NCBI GenBank assembly: GCA_965233585.1
Contig: CBDDTI010000746.1
Location: 416,001-480,000 of the forward strand
DNA length: 64,000 nucleotides
Reading direction: 5' to 3'
Source: a bacterium
Lineage (GTDB): Bacteria; SAR324; NAC60-12
A program made the translations under genes and the position numbers. Of this stretch, positions 1 to 8,925 are shown piece after piece; positions within the stretch are counted from its first letter, which is position 1, and each line of letters starts with the position of its first letter. The notes under the pieces are model-generated. The model did no database searches, was not told the DNA's origin, and was given only the letters and a program-made list of their open reading frames with translations.

Positions 1-1
1 G

Positions 2-247
2 ATTGCCGCACGGCTTGCCCTCAAAACAGGAGCATTAGTTGTCAGCTCAAACATTGTGAGGCAATCTGATGGACACTTCGTCCTTGAACTAGAAAGGGTG
101 GGGGCTTTTGATAAACAACATGATGATGTTGAAAGTGTAACAACAAAATTCAACCAACATATTGAGACGATGATTAGGAGAACTCCAGCACAATGGTCAT
201 GGTTTCACAGACGTTGGAAGTCAAAGCCTGAACAAATTGAAGCATGA
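2..247 (+). CDS. lpxL: Lipid A late acyltransferase (LpxL/HtrB family), 3' part; gene runs off the left edge
   Basis: Frame open from position 2 (IAARLALKTGALVV...) and ends with IRRTPAQWSWFHRRWK, the C-terminal signature of this family. Confidence 0.8.
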   Translation: MAARLALKTGALVVSSNIVRQSDGHFVLELERVGAFDKQHDDVESVTTKFNQHIETMIRRTPAQWSWFHRRWKSKPEQIEA

Positions 248-930
248 ACCAGACTTATTGCGATTTAGGTTTTGCAAAAATAGACTCCAGCCGTCAGACA
301 CGCAAAGGGTTTCCAGAAGTGATTTATGGTCAAGGAAAGACACTAGAGCAGTTGACAAAAATTTTAGAGTTGTATCAAAAAAACCAAACAAACCTTTTCA
401 TCACACGCTTGCCTGAACACTTTGAACCAGTCATCAAAAGTGAATGGAATTTTGGACATTATAACTCTGTTGCCAAAACCTTCACTTACACTCCAATACC
501 TGTTCAAGCCTTTGGTGATGCTGTGATTATCAGTGCGGGAACGTCGGACATTCCTGTCGCTGAAGAAGCAAAAGAGACCTTGGCAGTGATGGGCAATCAT
601 GTTGAGGTCATTTATGACTGCGGGGTCGCAGGTTTGCATCGTTTGTTAGACTGTGTGGAACGATTGAGGCAGGCTCGTGTTGTGATTGTCATCGCTGGAA
701 TGGACGGGGCATTGCCTTCTGTTGTGGGTGGTTTAATTTCAACTCCGATTATTGCTGTTCCAACATCAGCGGGCTATGGTGCATCTTTTCATGGTGTTTC
801 TGCATTGCTTGCCATGTTGAACACCTGTGCGCCGGGGGTGGTCGTTGTCAACATTGACAATGGATTTGGTGCAGGGTATTTTGCCAGCTCTATCAATCGT
901 TATGATGCACCCGTTCAACAAAGTTCTTGA
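244..930 (+). CDS. larB: Nickel-pincer cofactor biosynthesis protein LarB (PurE/AIR-carboxylase-like)
   Basis: GFPEVIYGQGKT, SAGTSDIPVAEEA, DCGVAGLHRL, AGMDGALPSVVGGL, AVPTSAGYG, VVNIDNGFGA. Confidence 0.9.
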   Translation: MNQTYCDLGFAKIDSSRQTRKGFPEVIYGQGKTLEQLTKILELYQKNQTNLFITRLPEHFEPVIKSEWNFGHYNSVAKTFTYTPIPVQAFGDAVIISAGTSDIPVAEEAKETLAVMGNHVEVIYDCGVAGLHRLLDCVERLRQARVVIVIAGMDGALPSVVGGLISTPIIAVPTSAGYGASFHGVSALLAMLNTCAPGVVVVNIDNGFGAGYFASSINRYDAPVQQSS

Positions 931-1733
931 CTATGCCTGTTGCATTATTTCAAAAACAAAAAGTTCACTTTCAGGTAGAAGGAGACCATGGGGCTTGGAT
1001 TATGTTGTACCCTCCACTTGGTGAAAGCATACAGAACTGGTACCGCCAATCTTTTGTCAAATCCCTTGCCAAATCCTATCGCTTAATTTTGATTGACCCT
1101 CTAGGACAAGGTTTAAGTGACTGCCCTGATGAGCCTTATTTTTATACGCTTGCACATCGTTCAAAACAAATTGTAGAAGTACTACGAGAATTGAGAGTGA
1201 CTCATGCTTATTTTGTTGGCTTAGGTTTAGGTTCACAAACAGGCTTTGCACTGGCAGACCGCCTTCCTAAAATTTTGCGTTCTCTAATCATTATGAAGTC
1301 GCACCCCTACCCTATCACGATTGGTGCGCCAGAAATTCAAAACTTGGCTGAACGCATTCAAAAGAAAGGCTCGCAAGCCTATTGTCAATATCTGTCAAAA
1401 GGCACTTCTCTTGATAAAGCAAGGGAACAAGACATTTTGCAAATTCCGCCTCATGCTTTAATTCATGCTTTACAGGCACTTTGTCAATGGCAAGGTTTAA
1501 GCGTCCCTTTAGAAGAGTTTCAAAGTTCAGGCATGTTTATTATTGGTAGAAATGAAGAGCAGTTTGCAACGATTCGTGATGCCTCCAACAGAATGCCCAA
1601 GTTCCGCTATCAGATTTTGTCTCATTTAGAATTTGTGCAGGGGTGGCCTGACCATCACGTTTTAGTCCCTGAATTGACCAACTTTTTTGAACGTAGAAGA
1701 ACATCACGCATTGAACCAGTTGATGAACCTTGA
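927..1733 (+). CDS. Alpha/beta-hydrolase fold protein, probably lacking the catalytic Ser
   Basis: YRLILIDPLGQGLSD motif; nucleophile elbow reads VGLGLGS rather than GxSxG. Confidence 0.7.
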   Translation: MTMPVALFQKQKVHFQVEGDHGAWIMLYPPLGESIQNWYRQSFVKSLAKSYRLILIDPLGQGLSDCPDEPYFYTLAHRSKQIVEVLRELRVTHAYFVGLGLGSQTGFALADRLPKILRSLIIMKSHPYPITIGAPEIQNLAERIQKKGSQAYCQYLSKGTSLDKAREQDILQIPPHALIHALQALCQWQGLSVPLEEFQSSGMFIIGRNEEQFATIRDASNRMPKFRYQILSHLEFVQGWPDHHVLVPELTNFFERRRTSRIEPVDEP

Positions 1734-1736
1734 GAC

Positions 1737-2732
1737 ATGAAATGGTTGCTTTTTTTCACCATTGCCTATTGCAGTCATGTATACGCACAAAGTTTGATTA
1801 AAAATCAAAATGCACCGGGTGTTTTGACACAGTTGTCGGGCAAAGTAGAAGTCATCAAACAAGATGTTCCTGACCCTATCAGGGCAGAAGAAGGGACGTT
1901 GCTTTACATAGGAGACCAGCTTCAAACTTCTGAAACGGCACAAGCTACATTGCTTCTGCGTGGCGGTTCAGTCATTCGGCTTTATGCAGGAACTCAGCTA
2001 AGCCTTGATGAATCCATTGAAAACCAAGAGTCTCAAGCCCGTTTTTTTCATCATCAACTTCGTTTGGTCTCCGGTGAGTTATGGGCAAATTTTTTGCCTT
2101 TTAGACAATCATTGAAAATCCATCTTTCGCAAGTTGCTGTTGATGTTTGGTCTGGAATTTTACGTTTTCAGGAGGCTCAACAAGCAAGCTCTGTTTTAGT
2201 TGCAGAAGGCTTAGCCTCTGTCTCAAACTCAAATTCTCAAACTAAACTTTCTGCTGGACTCTGGCTTCCTCAAGTCAAAAAAGAAGATGATTTAAAGCAA
2301 AAAACAAAACCCATTCCATATCATCTAAAATTGTTTACTGAAGATCACAGCTTTCGCCTCCAGTCATCTGATGAGGTGTTTTTTAGACTTGGTTTACAAC
2401 TGGTCAAAACAGAAACAGGAGAAAACCTGCATCGCTCTATGAAAGTTTATTTGGATTCTGATTACTACCACCTCACTTTTCCTAAAGAAGTGGAGTTAGA
2501 CCAATATGGTTTTGCAGTGGTGTTGCTTTCTATCAAAGCGCCTAGATTTGATGACAAATCATTCAATGGTCAGGTGATTATCAGGGCAGGAGTCCATCAA
2601 CTCGGGGGATATGATCAAGGTGATGGAAACCTTTTGTTAAACATCAATGCACTACCACAATTCAAAAGATTTCGTAGTCATGCCCAAACGGGCAAATTGA
2701 CCCAAGAAGATAGATTGCGTAGCCTATTTTAA
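1737..2732 (+). CDS. Secreted FecR-domain protein
   Basis: Signal peptide (…VYA), LSGKVEV, GDQLQT, GSVIRLYAGTQL, VLVAEG beta-strand pattern. Confidence 0.7.
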   Translation: MKWLLFFTIAYCSHVYAQSLIKNQNAPGVLTQLSGKVEVIKQDVPDPIRAEEGTLLYIGDQLQTSETAQATLLLRGGSVIRLYAGTQLSLDESIENQESQARFFHHQLRLVSGELWANFLPFRQSLKIHLSQVAVDVWSGILRFQEAQQASSVLVAEGLASVSNSNSQTKLSAGLWLPQVKKEDDLKQKTKPIPYHLKLFTEDHSFRLQSSDEVFFRLGLQLVKTETGENLHRSMKVYLDSDYYHLTFPKEVELDQYGFAVVLLSIKAPRFDDKSFNGQVIIRAGVHQLGGYDQGDGNLLLNINALPQFKRFRSHAQTGKLTQEDRLRSLF

Positions 2733-2826
2733 TTCATCATTAATGGCAAAAGACTTTGGAGTACAAATTGTCTATAATGATTAACTTAGATTTCATTTTT
2801 CGTTTTAATTGATTAATTTTAAATAC

Positions 2827-3915
2827 ATGAAAGCATCGTTAGTTTTAAAAAGTGGTTTAGTGTTTGAGGGCGTTTTGAGGGGGGCGATTCGCAAGGTTTC
2901 AGGCGAGGTTGTTTTTAATACAGGAATGACAGGTTATCAGGAAGTTTTAACTGACCCATCGTATGCAGGGCAAATTGTGGTGATGACTTATCCTCATATT
3001 GGCAACTATGGAATCAATGATGCAGATTTTCAGTCTAGGCAGGCTTTTCTTTCTGCATTGGTTGTGAGTGAATTAAACGACATTCCAAGTAACTGGCAGT
3101 CCTCGCAATCACTGGAGACATGGCTTGTTTCCCAAAACGTCCCATTGTTAGAAGGCATTGACACCCGTGCTTTAGTCCGTGCCATTCGCAATTCTGGAGC
3201 AGAGCCTGCTGTGCTGATTCCCCACGATTCAGAAGATGCAATGCAGTCTTTGCATCAGGAGTCTCAGAATTTGTTGAACATGGAAGGCATGAACCTTGTC
3301 AGCCAAGTTTCTACTTCCAAAGTCATTCAACACAAACTCAACGCCCATGCCAAGTACAAAATCATTGCCTACGATTTTGGAATCAAACGCAACATTATTT
3401 CACTTTTAGAGCAACAAGGTATGCAACTCACCATTGTCCCTTGGGACTACTCTGCTGAAAAAGTGTTGCAAGCCAAACCTGATGGAGTCTTTCTGTCTAA
3501 CGGACCCGGAGACCCTAGTGCTGTAACTTGTGCCATTGGAAATGTGAAAGCGTTGCTTGGGAAAGTGCCAATTTTTGGAATTTGCTTGGGACACCAAATT
3601 TTATCATTGGCATTAGGTGCAACGACCTATAAATTGAAGTTTGGGCATCATGGTTCAAACCACCCTGTGATGGATTACACCACAGGCAAGGTTGAAATCA
3701 CCAGCCAAAATCATGGTTTTGCAGTCACAGAAGAATCTTTGACAACCATCGCAAAAGTCACGCATAGGAACTTAAACGACCAAACCATTGCAGGCATAGA
3801 GTCTTTAAAGTATCCTGCGTATTCAGTGCAGTATCACCCCGAAGGTGGTCCTGGTCCAAATGATTCTCACTATCTATTTGAACGTTTTGCACAACTGATC
3901 AATCAATCTTCCTAA
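2827..3915 (+). CDS. carA: Carbamoyl-phosphate synthase small chain
   Basis: GEVVFNTGMTGYQEVLTDPSY, SNGPGDP, GICLGHQ, QYHPE. Confidence 0.97.
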   Translation: MKASLVLKSGLVFEGVLRGAIRKVSGEVVFNTGMTGYQEVLTDPSYAGQIVVMTYPHIGNYGINDADFQSRQAFLSALVVSELNDIPSNWQSSQSLETWLVSQNVPLLEGIDTRALVRAIRNSGAEPAVLIPHDSEDAMQSLHQESQNLLNMEGMNLVSQVSTSKVIQHKLNAHAKYKIIAYDFGIKRNIISLLEQQGMQLTIVPWDYSAEKVLQAKPDGVFLSNGPGDPSAVTCAIGNVKALLGKVPIFGICLGHQILSLALGATTYKLKFGHHGSNHPVMDYTTGKVEITSQNHGFAVTEESLTTIAKVTHRNLNDQTIAGIESLKYPAYSVQYHPEGGPGPNDSHYLFERFAQLINQSS

Positions 3916-4115
3916 AAAGAAATTTGATGATTAGTGAGCAAACCTTGACCCTAAAATTCCCAATTTGAGCATTGAGCAAGAATGCCCTGAAATTGGAAAA
4001 ATCTAGTTTTCACGCATTTTAATCTTTAATCCTAACCTCTCTTCAGGCAGGCGTAGAATCTCGCCTTCACTCCAAATGACAAAAACTCAAGAGCCTTTGA
4101 AAACATTTAAAAAAC

Positions 4116-7100
4116 ATGTATTTCCCTCAATCTTTTATAAAAAGTGAAAACATTCCTCTTTGGATTCCAAAGAAAGTTCAAAAACATTTTGAATATTCTG
4201 ATGAAACAGAGGATGAACAATATTTGTTGGAATGTATCAGAACAACTGATGATCTGAGCAATCAGTCAAGTGAATTGGTCAGTCAAGTGAGGGCTTGGTC
4301 TTCTGAATACCATTTTTCACTCCGAAGGAGCAACCTGCTACGTCCCCTGAAGCTCAACAAAAATCATTCTATACTAGAACTCGGTGCTGGTTGTGGAGCA
4401 ATCACACGTTACTTAGGGGAAACTTGCAAAAGTGTCGTTGCTATTGAAGGTAAGCTATCAAGAGCAACGATTGCCGCAAATCGTTGTAGAGATTTGGACA
4501 ATGTCAACGTTCTTTGCAATGATTTTTTTGATGTTCAAATGGAACAAAAGTTTGATATTGTGACCTTGATTGGAGTTTTAGAACATAGTCAAACTTTTGC
4601 CAAACATCATTCCAATCCTTATGAAGCAACGATTAAAATTGCCCAAAGTTTTCTCTCTCCAAATGGAATACTAATCATTGCTATTGAAAATAAGTTGGGT
4701 TTGAAATACTTCAGTGGTTGTGTAGAAGACCACACAGGTCTTTTATACAAGGGATTGGAAGGATACGATCCTCATAGTCAAGTCAAAACTTTTGGTAAAT
4801 ATGAATTGCAACAACTTTTAAAAAAGGCAGGCTTCGCCTCACAAGAATTTCTTTACCCCTTTCCAGATTACAAGATTCCTTCTTGTGTTTTAAGACTAGA
4901 TCACTATGATTCCTCGCAAAAGCCATTTTTTTACCAGTGGTTAGATTTTGGTAATTGCATTGAACACACTTACAAAAGAACGCATTTTTTCCAAGAATAT
5001 CTTGTCGCAAAAGAGTTAGAAAAAAATTTTTTATTGGCAGATTTTGCTAATTCTTTTCTAATCGTTTCATCTGCGAATCAAACGAACATTGAAAAGCTTT
5101 TTGAAAAAGAATGGCTCGCTAAAAAGTACAGTGTCTTGAGAAAAAAGAAATACACGACCGAAGTTTGTTTATCATTAGAAAATGATCATTTTTTTATCAA
5201 AAGAAGTCTCCTATATCCACAACAAAGTTGTGTTGAAGAATCTAAAAAGCTGATTCAACATCAGTTGGTAGAAAATCAAGAATTTATAGAAGGTACTTTA
5301 TTGATTGAAGATTTGATAAGAGAACTCAAAACAAAAGGGAAAAATCTTACACTAATCTTGGGAGACTGGTACCATTTTTTAAATCAAAATCTTAATGAAA
5401 ATGGAAAGTTAGACGGAAAATATTTTGATTGTTCTCCTTGGAATCTTATGAGGGACAGTCAGGGGAACATCCATTTTTTTGATCAAGAATGGTGTTGTGT
5501 CAAGGACATTGACCCAAATTTTGTCATAGTGCGTTGTCTAATCGGGCTTTATTCTTCTTTAGAAGATTTAATTCAAAAATATCTTGAATTTCAAGGTTGT
5601 CAGCAGACATGTTCTCATTTTATCAAGCATTGTTTTCAATCTTTAAAAATCCCTCCTTTGAGTAATAGACAGATTCTTGATTTATTAGACCAAGAATTTA
5701 ATATCCAAAAAGAAATCCATCACGGAGAAGTCCTTGATAAAAAAGACTTTATGGGCTTGTTCTTTCCAGAGTACGATTCTTTACAAAAACAACATTCTAA
5801 AATAGACAATATTTTTTCTAAAATGAAAAATAAGATCTTTAAAAAAATCAAATCATGGAGGGAGATTCCAAATAAAAATAAAATTGATTTTATTTTTAAA
5901 GACATTTGTAGTATTGCTTACCATAAAACAAGAAACTTGACGCTCCCAATCGTAACTAAAGGGGTCATCGTTTTAGATCAAATCATTTTCAAAAATCAAT
6001 GGGGCATTCCTATTTCAAGAGAGTGGGGATATCAACAATGGTTGCTGCAGTATTATCCCAAAATGGGAGACTTAAATACGATGAAGGTGAGACAAAATGA
6101 GTTTCAATACAGACCTAAAATCAGCATCATTGTCCCTGTCTATAACACGCCTAAAGATTTTCTGACTAAAATGTTAGATTCTGTATTAAATCAAGTTTAC
6201 ACAAACTGGGAGCTTTGCATTGCAGATGATTGTTCAAACCAACCCCATGTGAAGAAAATTTTGGAAGAATACATCAAAAGAGACCAGCGAATTAAAGTAG
6301 TGTACCGAGCAGAAAACGGACACATTTCTGCTGCTTCAAATTCTGCCATAGAGATTGCCACAGGTGAGTTTATTTCTTTGTTGGATCATGATGACGCAAT
6401 CACACTGCATGCACTGTATAAAGTTGTGGAACTCTTAAATCAGTTTCCTGAGGCAGACATGATCTATTCTGACGAAGACAAGATTGATGAAAATGATATT
6501 ATCAGTCATCCTTTTTTCAAACCAGATTGGTCTCCTGATTATTTTCTCAGCACCATGTACACCTGCCATTTGGGGACTTACCGCAAGTCACTGGTTGACA
6601 AAATTGGTGGTTTTCGTATTGGCTATGAAGGGTCACAGGATTATGACTTAGTACTAAGATTGACAGAAGAGACAGACAAAATCTTTCATATTCCAGACAT
6701 TTTATACCACTGGAGAATGCACGAAAACTCAACAGCATTAAATTCAAATTCAAAACTATACGCTTATGAAATCGCTTTAAAAGTCGTTGATGATGCACTT
6801 AAGAGAAGAAACGAATTGGCAACAGTCCATCACGTGCAAAATTATCTAGGAGACTATCGTGTCCGTTACATAATCAGAGAATACAAACTTGTCAGCATCA
6901 TTATTCCTACAAGGGATCGTAGCGAGATGTTGTCAAATTGCTTAAAATCCATTTTTAACAAAAGCTTCTATCCAAACTTTGAAGTCATCATCTTAGACAA
7001 TGGTAGCAAAGAAAAAGCAACACATGATTTATTTGAAAAGTGGAAACGACAAGAAAAAAATAGATTTAAGGTGGTGTCATTAGATGAGCCTTTCAATTAT

Positions 7101-7808
7101 TCTGCAGTGAATAATCATGCTGTCAGATATGCAGATGGAAAATACTTGTTATTTCTGAATAATGATATAGAAGTCATTTCCTCTGACTGGATTGATGCAA
7201 TGGTAGAACAAGCTCAAAGACCAAGTATTGGTGCGGTGGGAGGATTGTTACTTTATGCTGACGATACAATACAACATGCAGGGGTTGTGGTAGGTTTAGG
7301 CGGAACTGCGGCACATAGTCATCGTGGTTTAAACAAAAATGATGCTGGATATTTTGGACGGGTGGTTTGCATCTCTAATTGTAGTGCTGTGACGGGTGCA
7401 TGCCTAATGTGCCGCAAAGAAGTCTTTGAGGAAGTTGGAGGGTTTGAGGAAAAGCTAGCCGTCAATTACAACGATGTGGACTTGTGCCTGAAAATGCTGG
7501 AGAAGGGTTATAGAAATGTTTACTTACCTCACGTTCAGTTATACCATTACGAGTCACAAACAAGAAAAACTGTGGGAGACAGCCATCAGCAAGAAAAAGA
7601 TTTTTTAATCAAAAAATGGGGTCAATATGTTGAAAACGACCCCTATTACAACCCTAATCTCAGAAAGGACAACGAACATTTTCTTTATCATAAAGCCCCA
7701 CATATTTCATTAGCTAAAAAAATTTATAACTGGTTTTATTTACGGAAAGGGTCAACTCTGTTAGAATATTTGAATGATTTTTGTTTTGCCATCAAAAAAC
7801 GAATTTAA
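4116..7808 (+). CDS. Multidomain class I SAM methyltransferase + kinase-like segment + two GT2 glycosyltransferase domains
   Basis: ILELGAGCGAITRYLGE; AIENKLGLKYF; ISIIVPVYNT…IADDCS…LLDHDD…SQDYDL; SIIIPTRD…FLNNDIE…VTGACL…NDVDLCL. Confidence 0.88.
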   Translation: MYFPQSFIKSENIPLWIPKKVQKHFEYSDETEDEQYLLECIRTTDDLSNQSSELVSQVRAWSSEYHFSLRRSNLLRPLKLNKNHSILELGAGCGAITRYLGETCKSVVAIEGKLSRATIAANRCRDLDNVNVLCNDFFDVQMEQKFDIVTLIGVLEHSQTFAKHHSNPYEATIKIAQSFLSPNGILIIAIENKLGLKYFSGCVEDHTGLLYKGLEGYDPHSQVKTFGKYELQQLLKKAGFASQEFLYPFPDYKIPSCVLRLDHYDSSQKPFFYQWLDFGNCIEHTYKRTHFFQEYLVAKELEKNFLLADFANSFLIVSSANQTNIEKLFEKEWLAKKYSVLRKKKYTTEVCLSLENDHFFIKRSLLYPQQSCVEESKKLIQHQLVENQEFIEGTLLIEDLIRELKTKGKNLTLILGDWYHFLNQNLNENGKLDGKYFDCSPWNLMRDSQGNIHFFDQEWCCVKDIDPNFVIVRCLIGLYSSLEDLIQKYLEFQGCQQTCSHFIKHCFQSLKIPPLSNRQILDLLDQEFNIQKEIHHGEVLDKKDFMGLFFPEYDSLQKQHSKIDNIFSKMKNKIFKKIKSWREIPNKNKIDFIFKDICSIAYHKTRNLTLPIVTKGVIVLDQIIFKNQWGIPISREWGYQQWLLQYYPKMGDLNTMKVRQNEFQYRPKISIIVPVYNTPKDFLTKMLDSVLNQVYTNWELCIADDCSNQPHVKKILEEYIKRDQRIKVVYRAENGHISAASNSAIEIATGEFISLLDHDDAITLHALYKVVELLNQFPEADMIYSDEDKIDENDIISHPFFKPDWSPDYFLSTMYTCHLGTYRKSLVDKIGGFRIGYEGSQDYDLVLRLTEETDKIFHIPDILYHWRMHENSTALNSNSKLYAYEIALKVVDDALKRRNELATVHHVQNYLGDYRVRYIIREYKLVSIIIPTRDRSEMLSNCLKSIFNKSFYPNFEVIILDNGSKEKATHDLFEKWKRQEKNRFKVVSLDEPFNYSAVNNHAVRYADGKYLLFLNNDIEVISSDWIDAMVEQAQRPSIGAVGGLLLYADDTIQHAGVVVGLGGTAAHSHRGLNKNDAGYFGRVVCISNCSAVTGACLMCRKEVFEEVGGFEEKLAVNYNDVDLCLKMLEKGYRNVYLPHVQLYHYESQTRKTVGDSHQQEKDFLIKKWGQYVENDPYYNPNLRKDNEHFLYHKAPHISLAKKIYNWFYLRKGSTLLEYLNDFCFAIKKRI

Positions 7809-8020
7809 AAAATATGCAAAAAAATAATTCAACCATCTTTTACCGTCTTTTGTTTTTTCTGACCATAGCTAAAAAAATTTATAACTGGTTTTATTTACGG
7901 AAAGGGTCAACTCTGTTAGAATATTTGAATGATTTTTGTTTTGCCATCAAAAAACGAATTTAAAAAATATGCAAAAAAATAATTCAACCATCTTTTACCG
8001 TCTTTTGTTTTTTCTGACCA
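7711..8020. repeat. Exact 155-bp tandem duplication (7711-7865 = 7866-8020)
   Basis: TAGCTAAAAAAATTTATAAC…TTTTCTGACCA occurs twice head-to-tail. Confidence 0.95.
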
Positions 8021-8895
8021 TGTTTCTCCTTCCTTTTATGGCTTCAGGTTGCCAAAGCTGTCAAGAAAAATCAGGTTCATCTTCAGATTTAGCTAGATGT
8101 ACGGGGAACATTTTTAGACCAGAAGAAACAGACAATGACATTAAAGATTTAGTTGATGATATTGACAACATTGAAAGCCCCGCAGAAGTCAGCATTTCAG
8201 AAGAAGGTACGGAGTTTGACGTCTTCAAAACAGAAGTCACCAATAAGCAGTTTGCATCTTTTCTTCGTGAAAAAAATACAAAAGAAAGCGAAAAAGATGA
8301 TGGTGAAACCAATGACTGCAATTTAGATGATGACGAATCCGCTTTGTGCTACCAATTCAATGGAGGAGGAAGTGACGGCGAGGCTGAATCCAGAATCAAT
8401 TCAGACTATTCTGTTGATTCAGGTCACGATGACCACCCTGTTAATTACGTCTCTTGGTATGCCGCTGATGCTTATTGTAAAGTCCTTGATAAAAGATTGC
8501 CAACAGCGGCAGAATGGAAATTGATTGCCAAAGGTAATAACTCTGATGTTTATCCTTGGGGAAGTAGTGCAGATTGTGCTTCTGTGAATGCCAAAGTGAA
8601 CGATGGTGATTTTTGTTCCGACAAAGGAATCACTTCTGCCAATGGTGCAAAAGGAGTTGCAAATCACGATGATGGTGATGTGCTGCACATCTCAGGCAAT
8701 GTTGCAGAATGGGTTTCTGACAAAGTTGGTGATGATGACGACGATGACGAAACAGAAGACAAAGACAAGAAAAGGCTTGCCAAAGGAGGTTCTTGGGATA
8801 GCAATGCTGATTCTCTGAAAATAGAGGCATCTGGACGAGAGCTGACCCCAAGTGCAACTGACCATAACATAGGCTTCCGATGTGTCTCTGATTAG
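7969..8895 (+). CDS. Lipoprotein with formylglycine-generating-enzyme (FGE/SUMF1) domain
   Basis: Lipobox MASG-C; TEVTNKQF, HPVNYVSWYAADAYC, RLPTAAEW, YPWG, SGNVAEW, KGGSW, NIGFRC. Confidence 0.88.
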   Translation: MQKNNSTIFYRLLFFLTMFLLPFMASGCQSCQEKSGSSSDLARCTGNIFRPEETDNDIKDLVDDIDNIESPAEVSISEEGTEFDVFKTEVTNKQFASFLREKNTKESEKDDGETNDCNLDDDESALCYQFNGGGSDGEAESRINSDYSVDSGHDDHPVNYVSWYAADAYCKVLDKRLPTAAEWKLIAKGNNSDVYPWGSSADCASVNAKVNDGDFCSDKGITSANGAKGVANHDDGDVLHISGNVAEWVSDKVGDDDDDDETEDKDKKRLAKGGSWDSNADSLKIEASGRELTPSATDHNIGFRCVSD

Positions 8896-8925
8896 GCATT
8901 TACAAAATTGGGTAGTAACGGAGAG

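Noticed and set aside
7781..7963. 60-aa ORF in the ORF track
   Set aside because: Chimeric by-product of the 155-bp duplication
8700..8895. FGE-domain C-terminus as a DGR variable region
   Set aside because: No matching template repeat or reverse transcriptase in the window
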